Source: a virus (taxonomy: Duplodnaviria; Heunggongvirae; Uroviricota; Caudoviricetes). From it: DNA of 47,835 bases. Positions within the stretch are counted from its first letter, which is position 1, and the number at the start of each line of letters is the position of its first letter. Under the pieces are notes generated by a model. It was given only the letters and a program-made list of their open reading frames with translations. It did no database searches and was not told the DNA's origin. Location of the stretch: positions 1 to 47,835 of IMG/VR virus record IMGVR_UViG_3300033076_000838; one strand, written 5' to 3'. The translations under genes were made by a program, and so were the position numbers. Positions 1 through 9,165 of this stretch are shown here, piece after piece.

Positions 1-2184
1 GATGGAACATACTATACAGGGTACGCAGTTCAAAACTATTTAAGAGAAGCAGGGACAGTAACTATTGTTCGTGTAGGACACGTTGGTGGATATTCTCAAG
101 TTGCACCGATTGCTATCAAAGCAACATTAATATCAGGTTCAGCATCTGGTATCTACGCAAGTGGTAGTTCACATATCATCGCAACATTACATGCTACAAA
201 ATCTGGTTCACTTAGTGCAGGTTTCCCAACAGCATCATTAACATTTACCGAAGGTAGTGGAACTGATTCTTTATTCACTATTAGTGGTTCTTCAATCGCT
301 TATAGTGGTTCAGTATCAATCGCACCATCTGCAGGTAATGATATAGCTGATGTATTTGGTGAATCTCCATTTGGAACTAAGAAAGCATACACTTATACAT
401 ACTTTGAGAAAACTGCCACTGATTTAGCAGCATATTTAAGTGCAGGTTCTGCATCTTTATCATTAGTTCAATTAGATACACAAGATTTTAGTGATGATGT
501 AACATTCGCTACTACTCCTTATATTAAATCTCAATTGATTAGTGGTGAAAGACATGACCTATTCCGTTTCCATACATTAGGTGATGGTAATACTGCAAAT
601 ACTGAATACAAGATTGGTATTTCTAACGTAAAAGCAGCAGGTGAATCTGCAGCAACTGATTACGCTACATTTACTGTCACTGTCAGAGGATTTGCTGATA
701 CGGATAAAAAGAAAATTGTATTAGAAACATATAATAACGTAAACTTAGACCCTGCATCTCCAAACTATATCGCTAAAGTAATTGGTGATAGACATGTAAC
801 AATTGATGCAAATGGTAAACAAAACGAAACTGGTGATTACGCTAATCGTTCTAAGTTTATTAGAGTAGAAGTTAAAGAAGAAGGTTCATTCCCAATCATC
901 GCTGGTCCATTTGGTCACGCTGGTTACGATGCACCAGTAGAAGGAAACTCAATTCCAGCAGTTATTTACTCAACTGGTTCTGCAGTAAACACTTCATCTT
1001 CAACAACTAAATATTCTGGTATTGATTTAGAATCTACAACAATTAAGATAAACAACAATCAATATTTAAAACCAATTCCTGCAAACGCAGCTAGTGATTC
1101 AATCTTCGCTTTCGACGCAGCAGTAACTGCAGTAGTAGGTGGTGTATTATCTACAATTAACTTAGGATATGAATTAACTGGTTCAAATTCAACTGATATT
1201 GCAAAAAGACAATTTATTGTAGGTTTTCAAGGTGGATTTGATGGTGTAACTCCAACAAGAACAATTGATAAAGGAACTGATTTATCCGAAGGTAATTCAC
1301 AAGGATTTGATTTATCAACTTCAATTGCAAGTGGTTCAGTTGCATATAAGAAAGCAATCGATGCAATCTCTAATCCAGATGATTTCGATATTAACTTAAT
1401 CGCAGCACCTGGTGTAGTTCGTAGATTACACTCTTATGTATTCGATTATATTTCTGAAATGTGTGAAACTCGTGAGGATGTATTCTTTATCGGTGATGTA
1501 ACATCAGTAAATGATAGTATTTCACAGGCAGTAGAGCAGGCAGGAAACGTTGATTCTAACTATGTTGGTACTTACTACCCGTGGGTTAAAACAATCGATA
1601 GAAACACCAATAAATTAACTGCAGTACCACCATCAGTATTGATGCCAGGTATATACGCAGCAAACGATGCAGTTGCAGCAGAATGGTTCGCACCAGCAGG
1701 TTTGAATAGAGGTGGAATTATCGGAGCAGTTTCAGTATTGAATAGATTAACACACTCTGAAAGAGATGAATTATATGAAGGTAAAGTAAACCCAATCGCT
1801 TCTTTCCCTGGTGAGGGTATCGTGGCATTTGGACAAAAAACTTTACAAGAAAAATCATCTGCTTTAGATAGAATTAACGTAAGAAGATTACTTATCAAAG
1901 TTAAGAAGTATATTGCTTCTACATCAAGATACTTAGTGTTCGAACAAAATACAGCAACAACTCGTTCAAGATTCTTAAATACTGTCAACCCATATTTAGA
2001 AGGAATCCAACAAAGACAAGGTTTGTATGCATTTAGAGTAGTGATGGATGAATCAAATAACACTCCTGATGTAATCGATAGAAACATCTTAGCTGGTCAA
2101 ATTTTCTTACAACCAACTAAAACAGCTGAATTTATCGTATTAGATTTCAACATCTTACCGACAGGAGCATCATTCTCAGCGTAA
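1..2184 (+). CDS. Contractile tail sheath protein (5' partial; frame open from base 1)
   Basis: Frame 1 reads DGTYYTGYAVQNYLREAG... without a stop into the 535..2184 ORF. The C-terminus has sheath motifs YYPWV, WFAPAG.NRG, DRINVRRL, FEQN, PTKTAEFI. Confidence 0.95.
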   Translation, partial: DGTYYTGYAVQNYLREAGTVTIVRVGHVGGYSQVAPIAIKATLISGSASGIYASGSSHIIATLHATKSGSLSAGFPTASLTFTEGSGTDSLFTISGSSIAYSGSVSIAPSAGNDIADVFGESPFGTKKAYTYTYFEKTATDLAAYLSAGSASLSLVQLDTQDFSDDVTFATTPYIKSQLISGERHDLFRFHTLGDGNTANTEYKIGISNVKAAGESAATDYATFTVTVRGFADTDKKKIVLETYNNVNLDPASPNYIAKVIGDRHVTIDANGKQNETGDYANRSKFIRVEVKEEGSFPIIAGPFGHAGYDAPVEGNSIPAVIYSTGSAVNTSSSTTKYSGIDLESTTIKINNNQYLKPIPANAASDSIFAFDAAVTAVVGGVLSTINLGYELTGSNSTDIAKRQFIVGFQGGFDGVTPTRTIDKGTDLSEGNSQGFDLSTSIASGSVAYKKAIDAISNPDDFDINLIAAPGVVRRLHSYVFDYISEMCETREDVFFIGDVTSVNDSISQAVEQAGNVDSNYVGTYYPWVKTIDRNTNKLTAVPPSVLMPGIYAANDAVAAEWFAPAGLNRGGIIGAVSVLNRLTHSERDELYEGKVNPIASFPGEGIVAFGQKTLQEKSSALDRINVRRLLIKVKKYIASTSRYLVFEQNTATTRSRFLNTVNPYLEGIQQRQGLYAFRVVMDESNNTPDVIDRNILAGQIFLQPTKTAEFIVLDFNILPTGASFSA

Positions 2185-2206
2185 ACAATTAAAAAAAGAG
2201 AAACAT

Positions 2207-2215
2207 TATATTTAT
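2207..2215 (+). promoter_or_regulatory. Putative late promoter motif TATATTTAT upstream of tail tube
   Basis: The same motif recurs in intergenic gaps at 2803, 3822, 12032, 19075, 23715 and 29839, with variants at 8857, 26895 and 34657. Confidence 0.55.
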
Positions 2216-2239
2216 TAGTATAATAGGAGAAAATAAAAA

Positions 2240-2731
2240 ATGGCAGAAGTATTAGAATTTAACGAAATGTTTTATACCAATTTCGAACCAAAGATGAAGA
2301 ATCGTTTCATCATGGAAATCGATGGTATCCCTTCATATCTTATCAAAACAGCAAATAGACCTTCAATTCAGTTTGAAGCAGTAACCTTAGACCATATCAA
2401 CGTAAAAAGAAAGTTGAAAGGTAAAGGTGAATGGCAAGATATTGAAATCACACTTTATGACCCAATTGTACCATCAGGTGCTCAAGCGGTAATGGAGTGG
2501 GTTCGTTTATCACATGAATCTTTAACAGGTCGTGATGGTTACGCAGATTTCTATAAAAAAGATGTAGATATTTATATGTTAGGACCAGTAGGTGATAAAA
2601 TCGAGCAATGGAAAATTAAAGGTGCTTTCATCTTAAATGCAACATTCAACGATTTAGATTGGGCAAACGCTGCAGACCCTGCTGATATTACTTTAACATT
2701 AGCATATGATTACGCAGTATTAGAGTTCTAA
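2240..2731 (+). CDS. Tail tube protein (T4 gp19-like)
   Basis: 163 aa directly after the sheath; FEPK..NRF, W.DI.ITLYD and terminal LAYDYA patterns; AGGAG upstream. Confidence 0.9.
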   Translation: MAEVLEFNEMFYTNFEPKMKNRFIMEIDGIPSYLIKTANRPSIQFEAVTLDHINVKRKLKGKGEWQDIEITLYDPIVPSGAQAVMEWVRLSHESLTGRDGYADFYKKDVDIYMLGPVGDKIEQWKIKGAFILNATFNDLDWANAADPADITLTLAYDYAVLEF

Positions 2732-2755
2732 TAACAAGCCACAAAATAAAAATAC

Positions 2756-2784
2756 AAAAGGAGATAGAAATATCTCCTTTTTTT
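2756..2784 (+). terminator. Rho-independent terminator
   Basis: Perfect stem AAAAGGAGATA-gaaa-TATCTCCTTTT followed by a T tract. Confidence 0.85.
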
Positions 2785-2836
2785 ATAACTTTTTTTAAAA
2801 CATATATTTATATACATAACAAAATAAAGGTTAATT

Positions 2837-3589
2837 ATGTCACAATATGATTTCGCAACGGAAATTGTTGCATTACCATCCGAAGGTAAAGGGTATCCAG
2901 AAACTAATCCTCTTTCATCTGGACAAATCGAGTTAAAATATATGACTGCTAAAGAAGAAGAAATTCTTTCAACCCAAAGTTTAATAAAAAAAGGTGTTGT
3001 ATTGGATAAACTATTTGAAGCAATTATAGTAGATAAAAAAATAAATGCAGATGATATTCTTTTAGGAGATAAAAATGCTATTATGTTAGCAACACGTGTA
3101 TTGGGATATGGTCCAGAATATAAAATTGAAGTTATATCAGATAATGGTGAAAAAGAAGAAGTAATTGTTGATTTGGGAAAAGTTCAGACAAAAGATATTG
3201 ATGTGAATAAATTAAATCCACAAAATAGATATACTTTCAAAACATCATTAGGTAACGAAATCACATTTAAGTTATTAACACATGGTGATGAAAAGAAAAT
3301 TGATGCGGATGTTAAAGCGATGCAACGATTAAGTAAAGATGGTGGTAATGAACTAACAACCCGTTATCGTTATATGATTTTATCAGTTGATGGTAAAGAA
3401 GATACTAAATCAATTACTGATTTTATCAATAATCGTTTCTTGGCAAAAGATACAAAAGCTTTTAGAGAACACCTAAAAGAATTACAACCGGATATTAAAA
3501 TGGAATTTGATTATTATAACCCAGAAACGGGAGAAACGGAGGTACGCCCAATTCCTATGGGTGTAGGGTTTTTTTGGCCTACCGAATAA
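2837..3589 (+). CDS. Baseplate hub / tail assembly chaperone (T4 gp26-like)
   Basis: LPS.G..Y and MTAKEEEIL motifs, C-terminal GFFWP, located between tube and tape measure. Confidence 0.7.
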   Translation: MSQYDFATEIVALPSEGKGYPETNPLSSGQIELKYMTAKEEEILSTQSLIKKGVVLDKLFEAIIVDKKINADDILLGDKNAIMLATRVLGYGPEYKIEVISDNGEKEEVIVDLGKVQTKDIDVNKLNPQNRYTFKTSLGNEITFKLLTHGDEKKIDADVKAMQRLSKDGGNELTTRYRYMILSVDGKEDTKSITDFINNRFLAKDTKAFREHLKELQPDIKMEFDYYNPETGETEVRPIPMGVGFFWPTE

Positions 3590-3800
3590 TTATTCAATCC
3601 ATTTACATAAACAAATTTTTGAATTATGTTATTATGGTAATGGATTTACACAAATGGATGTTTATAAATTACCAATACATCTTAGAAATTTTTACTATAA
3701 CCAACTGGTTGAAGCAAAGAAAAAAGAAAATGATGACGTCAAAAAATCATCTAAATCTTCAAATACTACAAACGGACCAAATATAAGAGTGAGGAAATAA
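3570..3800 (+). CDS. gp51-like chaperone extension, probably reached by +1 frameshift from the upstream ORF (not in the ORF track)
   Basis: The +1 frame reads FFGLPNNYSIHLHKQIFELCYYGNGFTQMDVYKLPIHLRNFYYNQLVEAKKKE...RK*. It opens after TAG 3564-3566, has no early start codon, and overlaps GGG TTT TTT T. Confidence 0.65.
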   Translation, partial: FFGLPNNYSIHLHKQIFELCYYGNGFTQMDVYKLPIHLRNFYYNQLVEAKKKENDDVKKSSKSSNTTNGPNIRVRK

Positions 3801-3815
3801 TTCCTCACTTTTTTT
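3787..3815 (+). terminator. Rho-independent terminator
   Basis: AGTGAGGAA-ataa-TTCCTCACT hairpin plus T tract, overlapping the TAA at 3798-3800. Confidence 0.8.
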
Positions 3816-3851
3816 ATGCTCTATATTTATAGTAGTATAAATGGAGAACAA

Positions 3852-4118
3852 ATGAAAATTACAAAGGAAGATAAGAAATTATTTAAAGAAACCTATTCAA
3901 AATACAAATTGAAAGAAGGTATTTTAAGTAGATTATTTTTACGCGTTCTAAGTAAAAATATAAAGAACGATAAAGATGTGCAAAAAGCTATCAAAGATGC
4001 TGATGATTCATTACAAAATGCACAAAAAAGTATTGAAAATCGTTTTGATGGTGATAAAGAAAAAGTTAAACAAGCAATACCAGATAATGTAAGAAAATAT
4101 TTGGGATTTGATTATTAA
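3852..4118 (+). CDS. Hypothetical protein (possibly virion-associated)
   Basis: ATG 3852 is preceded by GGAG and by the TATATTTATA motif at 3822; preferred over the track start at 3816. Confidence 0.65.
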   Translation: MKITKEDKKLFKETYSKYKLKEGILSRLFLRVLSKNIKNDKDVQKAIKDADDSLQNAQKSIENRFDGDKEKVKQAIPDNVRKYLGFDY

Positions 4119-4120
4119 TT

Positions 4121-6493
4121 ATGGCTAATAGACAAACACAAGACGAAAGAGAATATCAAGATAGTTTGAAAATTACTCAAAGTATGTTGGGTGAAATTTC
4201 TCGTGCAATGGCCGATACTGCAAATTCTACCGATGGTAGGAATAGAGCATTAGAACAACAAATAGATATAACTAGAGATATACTAAATAATATAAGTGAT
4301 GTTAAAGATTATGAAAAAACAATAAATCAATTATTAACTCAACAAACTCAAATCAATAATACAAATTATGGTGTTAATGAACGATTAAGACAAGTTCAAT
4401 TGGCACAATTAGATGCTGCGTTAGGTATATTGAGAGCAGGAGAAGATACTGAAAAAGTATTCAGAAGAGTAAGCGATATTGCTTCAGAAGCAACAGATAA
4501 ATTTGGTAGTGGAGTTGATGATATATTGGATAAAATAGGTGAAATTCCATTAGTCGGTAGTTCCTTACAAAATCTTTTTCAACCATTAGCAGATAAATCT
4601 AAACGAATTATAAATGTAACTACACAAAAATTTACAAAAGGATTTACAACTGCGTTTTCAAGTGCTCGAGCAGGTGGTGCTTCATTTACTCAATCATTAG
4701 GACAAGGATTGAGTGGTGGTATTAAAGGTATTGGTAATATGTTACGTCTTATCAATCCATTAGTACTTGGAATTGTAGCAATTGGTGTTGCAGCATATGC
4801 AGGATTTAAGAGATTTGAAGAATTAGATAGTGCAGCAAAACGATTTAGAGAAGAAACTGGTTTATTAAATTCACAAACATTAGGTATAAGGGATAATATA
4901 AAATCCGTATCAACCGAAATGGCTGGATTGGGTGTTTCTACTGATGATGTTGCATCAGCAGCTATAGCGTTTACAAATGAATTAGCCCCAACGGAACAAA
5001 TTTCAAAAGCAACATTAGGTTCTATGGTTGCGTTGAATAAAAATTTTGGAATTGGTGTTCAAGAAAGTGCACAATTAAATAAAATATTTCAAAATATTGG
5101 TGGATTAACTCAAGAACAATCCCAAGCTTTAATTGGTCAAACTGCATCAATGGCTAAAATGGCTGGTGTAGCACCGGATAAAGTAATAAAAGATATGGCG
5201 GAAAACTCCGAATATGCATATCGTTATTTTAATGGTTCTCCTGAAGCACTTGCTAAAGCAGCAGTTCAAGCAGCAAAATTAGGAACTTCAATTGGAGAAG
5301 CTGGAAAAGTGGCAGATGGGTTATTAGATTTTCAAAACTCAATTACAAAAGAATTAGAAGCAAGTGCATTATTAGGAACAAACTTAAATCTTTCACAAGC
5401 ACGATATTTAGCAGCAAACGGAGATGTTTTAGGAGCACAACAGGCCGTATTAGACCAAGTTTCAAATTTAGGAGATTTAACAAAACTAAATAAATTTGAA
5501 CAAGATGCATTAACGGAAGCAACCGGTATGCAAATGGGAGATTTAATAAACCAACAACGTATCAGAGAAAGATTCGGTACTTTAAATGATGAGCAATTAA
5601 AAGCAGCAACTTCATTAGTTGAATCTGGTAAAGATATATCTAAAATGTCTGCAAAAGATTTAGATTTACAAACACAACGTTTGAAATCACAAGAAGAAAT
5701 GCAATCACAAATGGATAAGATACAAAATACATCTTCTGCAATTGGAACTGCGTTTATGGATATGTTCGAACCGGTTGCATCATTTGTAATGCCAGTTTTA
5801 AGTGATTTATTTACAATATTATCAAAAGTATTACTACCAGTTTTTAGAGTCATTGGTATAGTATTCAAAGTGGTGTTTGGAACACTTAAAGCAATATACG
5901 ATGTTATATCTGCGATAGTAATGCCATTATTTGAAATTGGTTCTGCTATAATAGATGCAATAATAACTCCATTTGAAATGGGATTGGATGCTATTCAACC
6001 ATTTTTTAACGCAATTGCTAGTTTAAAAACTACTACTATGGAAATGGTAGGTCCCATACTGAATTTTTTTAAATCAATAGGTCAATTTATTGGAGATTTT
6101 ATTATAAGTCCAATTAATGCTATAATTTCTACAATTACTAGCATGGCAGGTGTATTCTCATCTATTGGTTCATTTTTTGGAATGGGTGGTGCTGAAGAAA
6201 CTACTGCTGGTCAAACAACTATACCGGCAATAAACGATGGTGTAGTACAAAATGGTAAAGTAGTATCAACAAATCCAGCAGATACTCTAATTGCAACTAA
6301 AAATCCTGCAGGATTAGCAGGACAAGTTGGTGGTGGAATTGATATTTCGGCATTGGTAAATAAAATGGATGAAATGATACAAGCAGTTTCTGCAAATAGA
6401 GATGTGTATATGGATAGAGAAAAGGTTTCATCATCGGTAGTAAGAACATCAGAAAAAAGTTCACAAAATAGATTTGGATTAATGGGAGCGTAA
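4121..6493 (+). CDS. Tape measure protein
   Basis: 790 aa, Ala/Gly/Gln-rich helical sequence with hydrophobic amphipathic repeats near the C-terminus; canonical position after the chaperones. Confidence 0.85.
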   Translation: MANRQTQDEREYQDSLKITQSMLGEISRAMADTANSTDGRNRALEQQIDITRDILNNISDVKDYEKTINQLLTQQTQINNTNYGVNERLRQVQLAQLDAALGILRAGEDTEKVFRRVSDIASEATDKFGSGVDDILDKIGEIPLVGSSLQNLFQPLADKSKRIINVTTQKFTKGFTTAFSSARAGGASFTQSLGQGLSGGIKGIGNMLRLINPLVLGIVAIGVAAYAGFKRFEELDSAAKRFREETGLLNSQTLGIRDNIKSVSTEMAGLGVSTDDVASAAIAFTNELAPTEQISKATLGSMVALNKNFGIGVQESAQLNKIFQNIGGLTQEQSQALIGQTASMAKMAGVAPDKVIKDMAENSEYAYRYFNGSPEALAKAAVQAAKLGTSIGEAGKVADGLLDFQNSITKELEASALLGTNLNLSQARYLAANGDVLGAQQAVLDQVSNLGDLTKLNKFEQDALTEATGMQMGDLINQQRIRERFGTLNDEQLKAATSLVESGKDISKMSAKDLDLQTQRLKSQEEMQSQMDKIQNTSSAIGTAFMDMFEPVASFVMPVLSDLFTILSKVLLPVFRVIGIVFKVVFGTLKAIYDVISAIVMPLFEIGSAIIDAIITPFEMGLDAIQPFFNAIASLKTTTMEMVGPILNFFKSIGQFIGDFIISPINAIISTITSMAGVFSSIGSFFGMGGAEETTAGQTTIPAINDGVVQNGKVVSTNPADTLIATKNPAGLAGQVGGGIDISALVNKMDEMIQAVSANRDVYMDREKVSSSVVRTSEKSSQNRFGLMGA

Positions 6494-6496
6494 ACT

Positions 6497-8848
6497 ATGC
6501 CAACAATATTAGAATTATTTAAAGGTTCAAACAAAGATATAACACCAAAGATATTGGACCAAACTCCTGTGCAAGAAAAGTTTACAGGTTCTACGCAAGA
6601 AAAAAGTGTAAAATCAGACCAACTATCTAAAATAGAACAAGAATTTAGAGGAGTTCGTTTCCGTAGTGGAGTTGAACTTAATAATCCTTTAATATATGGT
6701 AATCAAGCAATTCGTATTGCAACACGTTCTACATCATCGGTTGAAAAGATGAAAGATGCAACAGGTGGTAGTGCAGGTGATGGTGGATTGATTGGAAAAG
6801 GTTTGGGTAAGATTACCGAAGGTAAGTTTGGTAAATTTGTATTTGGTGGTAAAGTAACATCTTTAAATCAAGCAAGAGATGGTGTAAATTCACGTTTGGG
6901 TATTCCTACAAATTTAATTCCAACAAATGTGTATAATACTGGTGATTTACAAAAAGGTATAGAACCAGATACGATGATTACACTTTCCAAAATTAAAAAT
7001 GATGGAAAAGGAACATTAGTTGGTAGATTTTTAAAACAAACAGGTGGTGGTAATCCTAAAACATTAGGAAATCAAATATTAGGACAAGGTATTACGTTAG
7101 TAAAAGATAAATTAAGAACTACACTTTTTGGTAATCCAAATTCATTAGGAACTAATGGTGCATTGGCAAGTCAAAAATGGGAATATAGTTCAACTTTACC
7201 ATATTCTAAACAAATTAGTAATGTTAAATTTAATAGTAAAAAAGTAAATGGTATTGAAGAAAGTGCATCTACTAATATTACTAAAAAAATAACACAAGTT
7301 CAATTAGATGCTAAAAAGAAATTAGGTGAAGCAAGTTCAAAAGCTACATCATTCTTAAAGGAAAAATTAAAAGGAACATCTGAAAGGACTAAACCTGCGA
7401 TTGACCAAGCAATTGAAAATCAAACAAAAACAAAACCTACATCAGAAACCCCATACACTAAAACATTAGATGGATATAAAACGGAAGATGTAACGGAACG
7501 TATAGATTTATCATTAGTATCACCACTTAAAGGTATTAATAGAAAGGCTACAAAAGGAGTATTTGGTGCTACTGAATATGGATTTAAAGCACCAGATAAT
7601 AATACTGGTAAAGTAATGCCGTTTGACCCAACTCGTCCATATGAAGGATTAGCTGGAAATCAAAATAGACCAACATTAGAAACTAAATATGGTTTAACAA
7701 GTAATAAAGGAGATTCGGTAAATAAAATATTTAAAGCGGGTCCTTTAACGGAGGATAGAGATTTAATACCAATTCAAATAAAAGGAATCGGTGATAAAAA
7801 TGAATGGGTTGCTTTTAGAGCATTAATGACTGGATTTTCTGAAACAGTCTCACCTCAATGGGAAACTGCTAAATTTGTTGGTAATCCATATTCATATCAC
7901 ACATATAATGGAGTTGAAAGAAGTGCAAGTTTTAGTTTAAAGATGTATTGTATGAACCAACAAGAGTTATCAGTTATGTGGCAAAAGATAGAATTTCTTA
8001 CAAAGAAAGCATATCCTACAATAAATAAACAAAGATTGGTAAATGCACCTTTTATTAAATTAACATTAGGTAGTATCTATGCAGAAAGAGAAGGATATAT
8101 CAACTCGCTTTCATATACAATAGCAGATGATATTACATGGGAAATTGCAAAAAATAACTGGTTACCGAAGGTAGTTGATATTCAATTAGAATTTAAATTA
8201 GTAGAATGGGCTGGTTCGGAAAAAACACCATATTCATTTGGACGTTCTAATGAGTCAGTTAAGGCTATAAATAGTCAACGTAAAGAAGAGGGTGCACCTG
8301 CAGTTGGAACTAATCCAATAACAACTCCTGCAACTGCTAATACCAAATCAAATGGTCAATTACAAGAAGTAAAACAACCGGAATTAAAAATTAATAATAT
8401 AGGAGTAGAACAAACTACAACTAGTCCATCTGAAACATCAAAACCAAAAATGTTAGATACTGGTAAACCTGCAGAAACTCCAAAAGAAAATGCAGATACT
8501 AGCACACTTAATTCAATTGCCACAACTGCAAAAACTGAATGGGAAGTGGAAATGGAAAAACGTGTAGAAAAACTAAAAGCTAAAGGTGTTCCAGAAGTAT
8601 TAATATATGGACTTTCTAGAAGTAACGCAAATCCAAATTCGGTTAAAAAAATACAAGAAGGTGTTTATTATTACGAACAACCTCGAGGAGATACTGGCTA
8701 TACTGATAGATTATATGCAGAAATTAATGGAAATGGTTGGGGTGGTGGTCAATATGATACATGGGTTTCGTATCAAAACAAAGGTGTAGACCCATTAAAG
8801 GATACTGGTTCAAAAACTGGTAAATTACAAACAGCATTACCATTTTAA
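6497..8848 (+). CDS. Baseplate / tail-tube initiator protein (gp48/gp54-like domain)
   Basis: Central domain FRA.MTGFSE..SPQW...FVG....TYNGVERS.SFSL...PFIKLTLG; follows the tape measure gene. Confidence 0.6.
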   Translation: MPTILELFKGSNKDITPKILDQTPVQEKFTGSTQEKSVKSDQLSKIEQEFRGVRFRSGVELNNPLIYGNQAIRIATRSTSSVEKMKDATGGSAGDGGLIGKGLGKITEGKFGKFVFGGKVTSLNQARDGVNSRLGIPTNLIPTNVYNTGDLQKGIEPDTMITLSKIKNDGKGTLVGRFLKQTGGGNPKTLGNQILGQGITLVKDKLRTTLFGNPNSLGTNGALASQKWEYSSTLPYSKQISNVKFNSKKVNGIEESASTNITKKITQVQLDAKKKLGEASSKATSFLKEKLKGTSERTKPAIDQAIENQTKTKPTSETPYTKTLDGYKTEDVTERIDLSLVSPLKGINRKATKGVFGATEYGFKAPDNNTGKVMPFDPTRPYEGLAGNQNRPTLETKYGLTSNKGDSVNKIFKAGPLTEDRDLIPIQIKGIGDKNEWVAFRALMTGFSETVSPQWETAKFVGNPYSYHTYNGVERSASFSLKMYCMNQQELSVMWQKIEFLTKKAYPTINKQRLVNAPFIKLTLGSIYAEREGYINSLSYTIADDITWEIAKNNWLPKVVDIQLEFKLVEWAGSEKTPYSFGRSNESVKAINSQRKEEGAPAVGTNPITTPATANTKSNGQLQEVKQPELKINNIGVEQTTTSPSETSKPKMLDTGKPAETPKENADTSTLNSIATTAKTEWEVEMEKRVEKLKAKGVPEVLIYGLSRSNANPNSVKKIQEGVYYYEQPRGDTGYTDRLYAEINGNGWGGGQYDTWVSYQNKGVDPLKDTGSKTGKLQTALPF

Positions 8849-8871
8849 TAAAATTGGATACTTAATATAAT

Positions 8872-9162
8872 ATGGCGAGTAGATATACAAATAATGAAAT
8901 TCAAAAACTAAAAGATGGTAGAGAGGTATATAGAACAAGAATATATCCAAACATACCACTTTCAGATAATGATATTTATGCAGTGACCCAGACGGGTGAC
9001 CGATTAGATACACTTGCATATCAATTCTTCGGAGATGCATCCTTATGGTGGATTATAGCAAGTGCTAATAACATACATGATGCACCATTTGCAATTGCAG
9101 ATGGAACAATCCTAAGAATACCACAAAATTATAATGATATTATAAATAATTTTATAGAATAA
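8872..9162 (+). CDS. LysM-like baseplate wedge protein (T4 gp53 / P2 gpX-like)
   Basis: GDRLDTLAYQFFGDASLWWIIASAN...GTILRIP signature. Confidence 0.85.
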   Translation: MASRYTNNEIQKLKDGREVYRTRIYPNIPLSDNDIYAVTQTGDRLDTLAYQFFGDASLWWIIASANNIHDAPFAIADGTILRIPQNYNDIINNFIE

Positions 9163-9165
9163 TAC

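Noticed and set aside
3574-3786. 70-aa ORF in the -1 frame after the chaperone (possible -1 frameshift product)
   Set aside because: Its sequence is not protein-like. The +1 frame carries the gp51-like motif and ends at the terminator. A -1 product cannot be entirely excluded.
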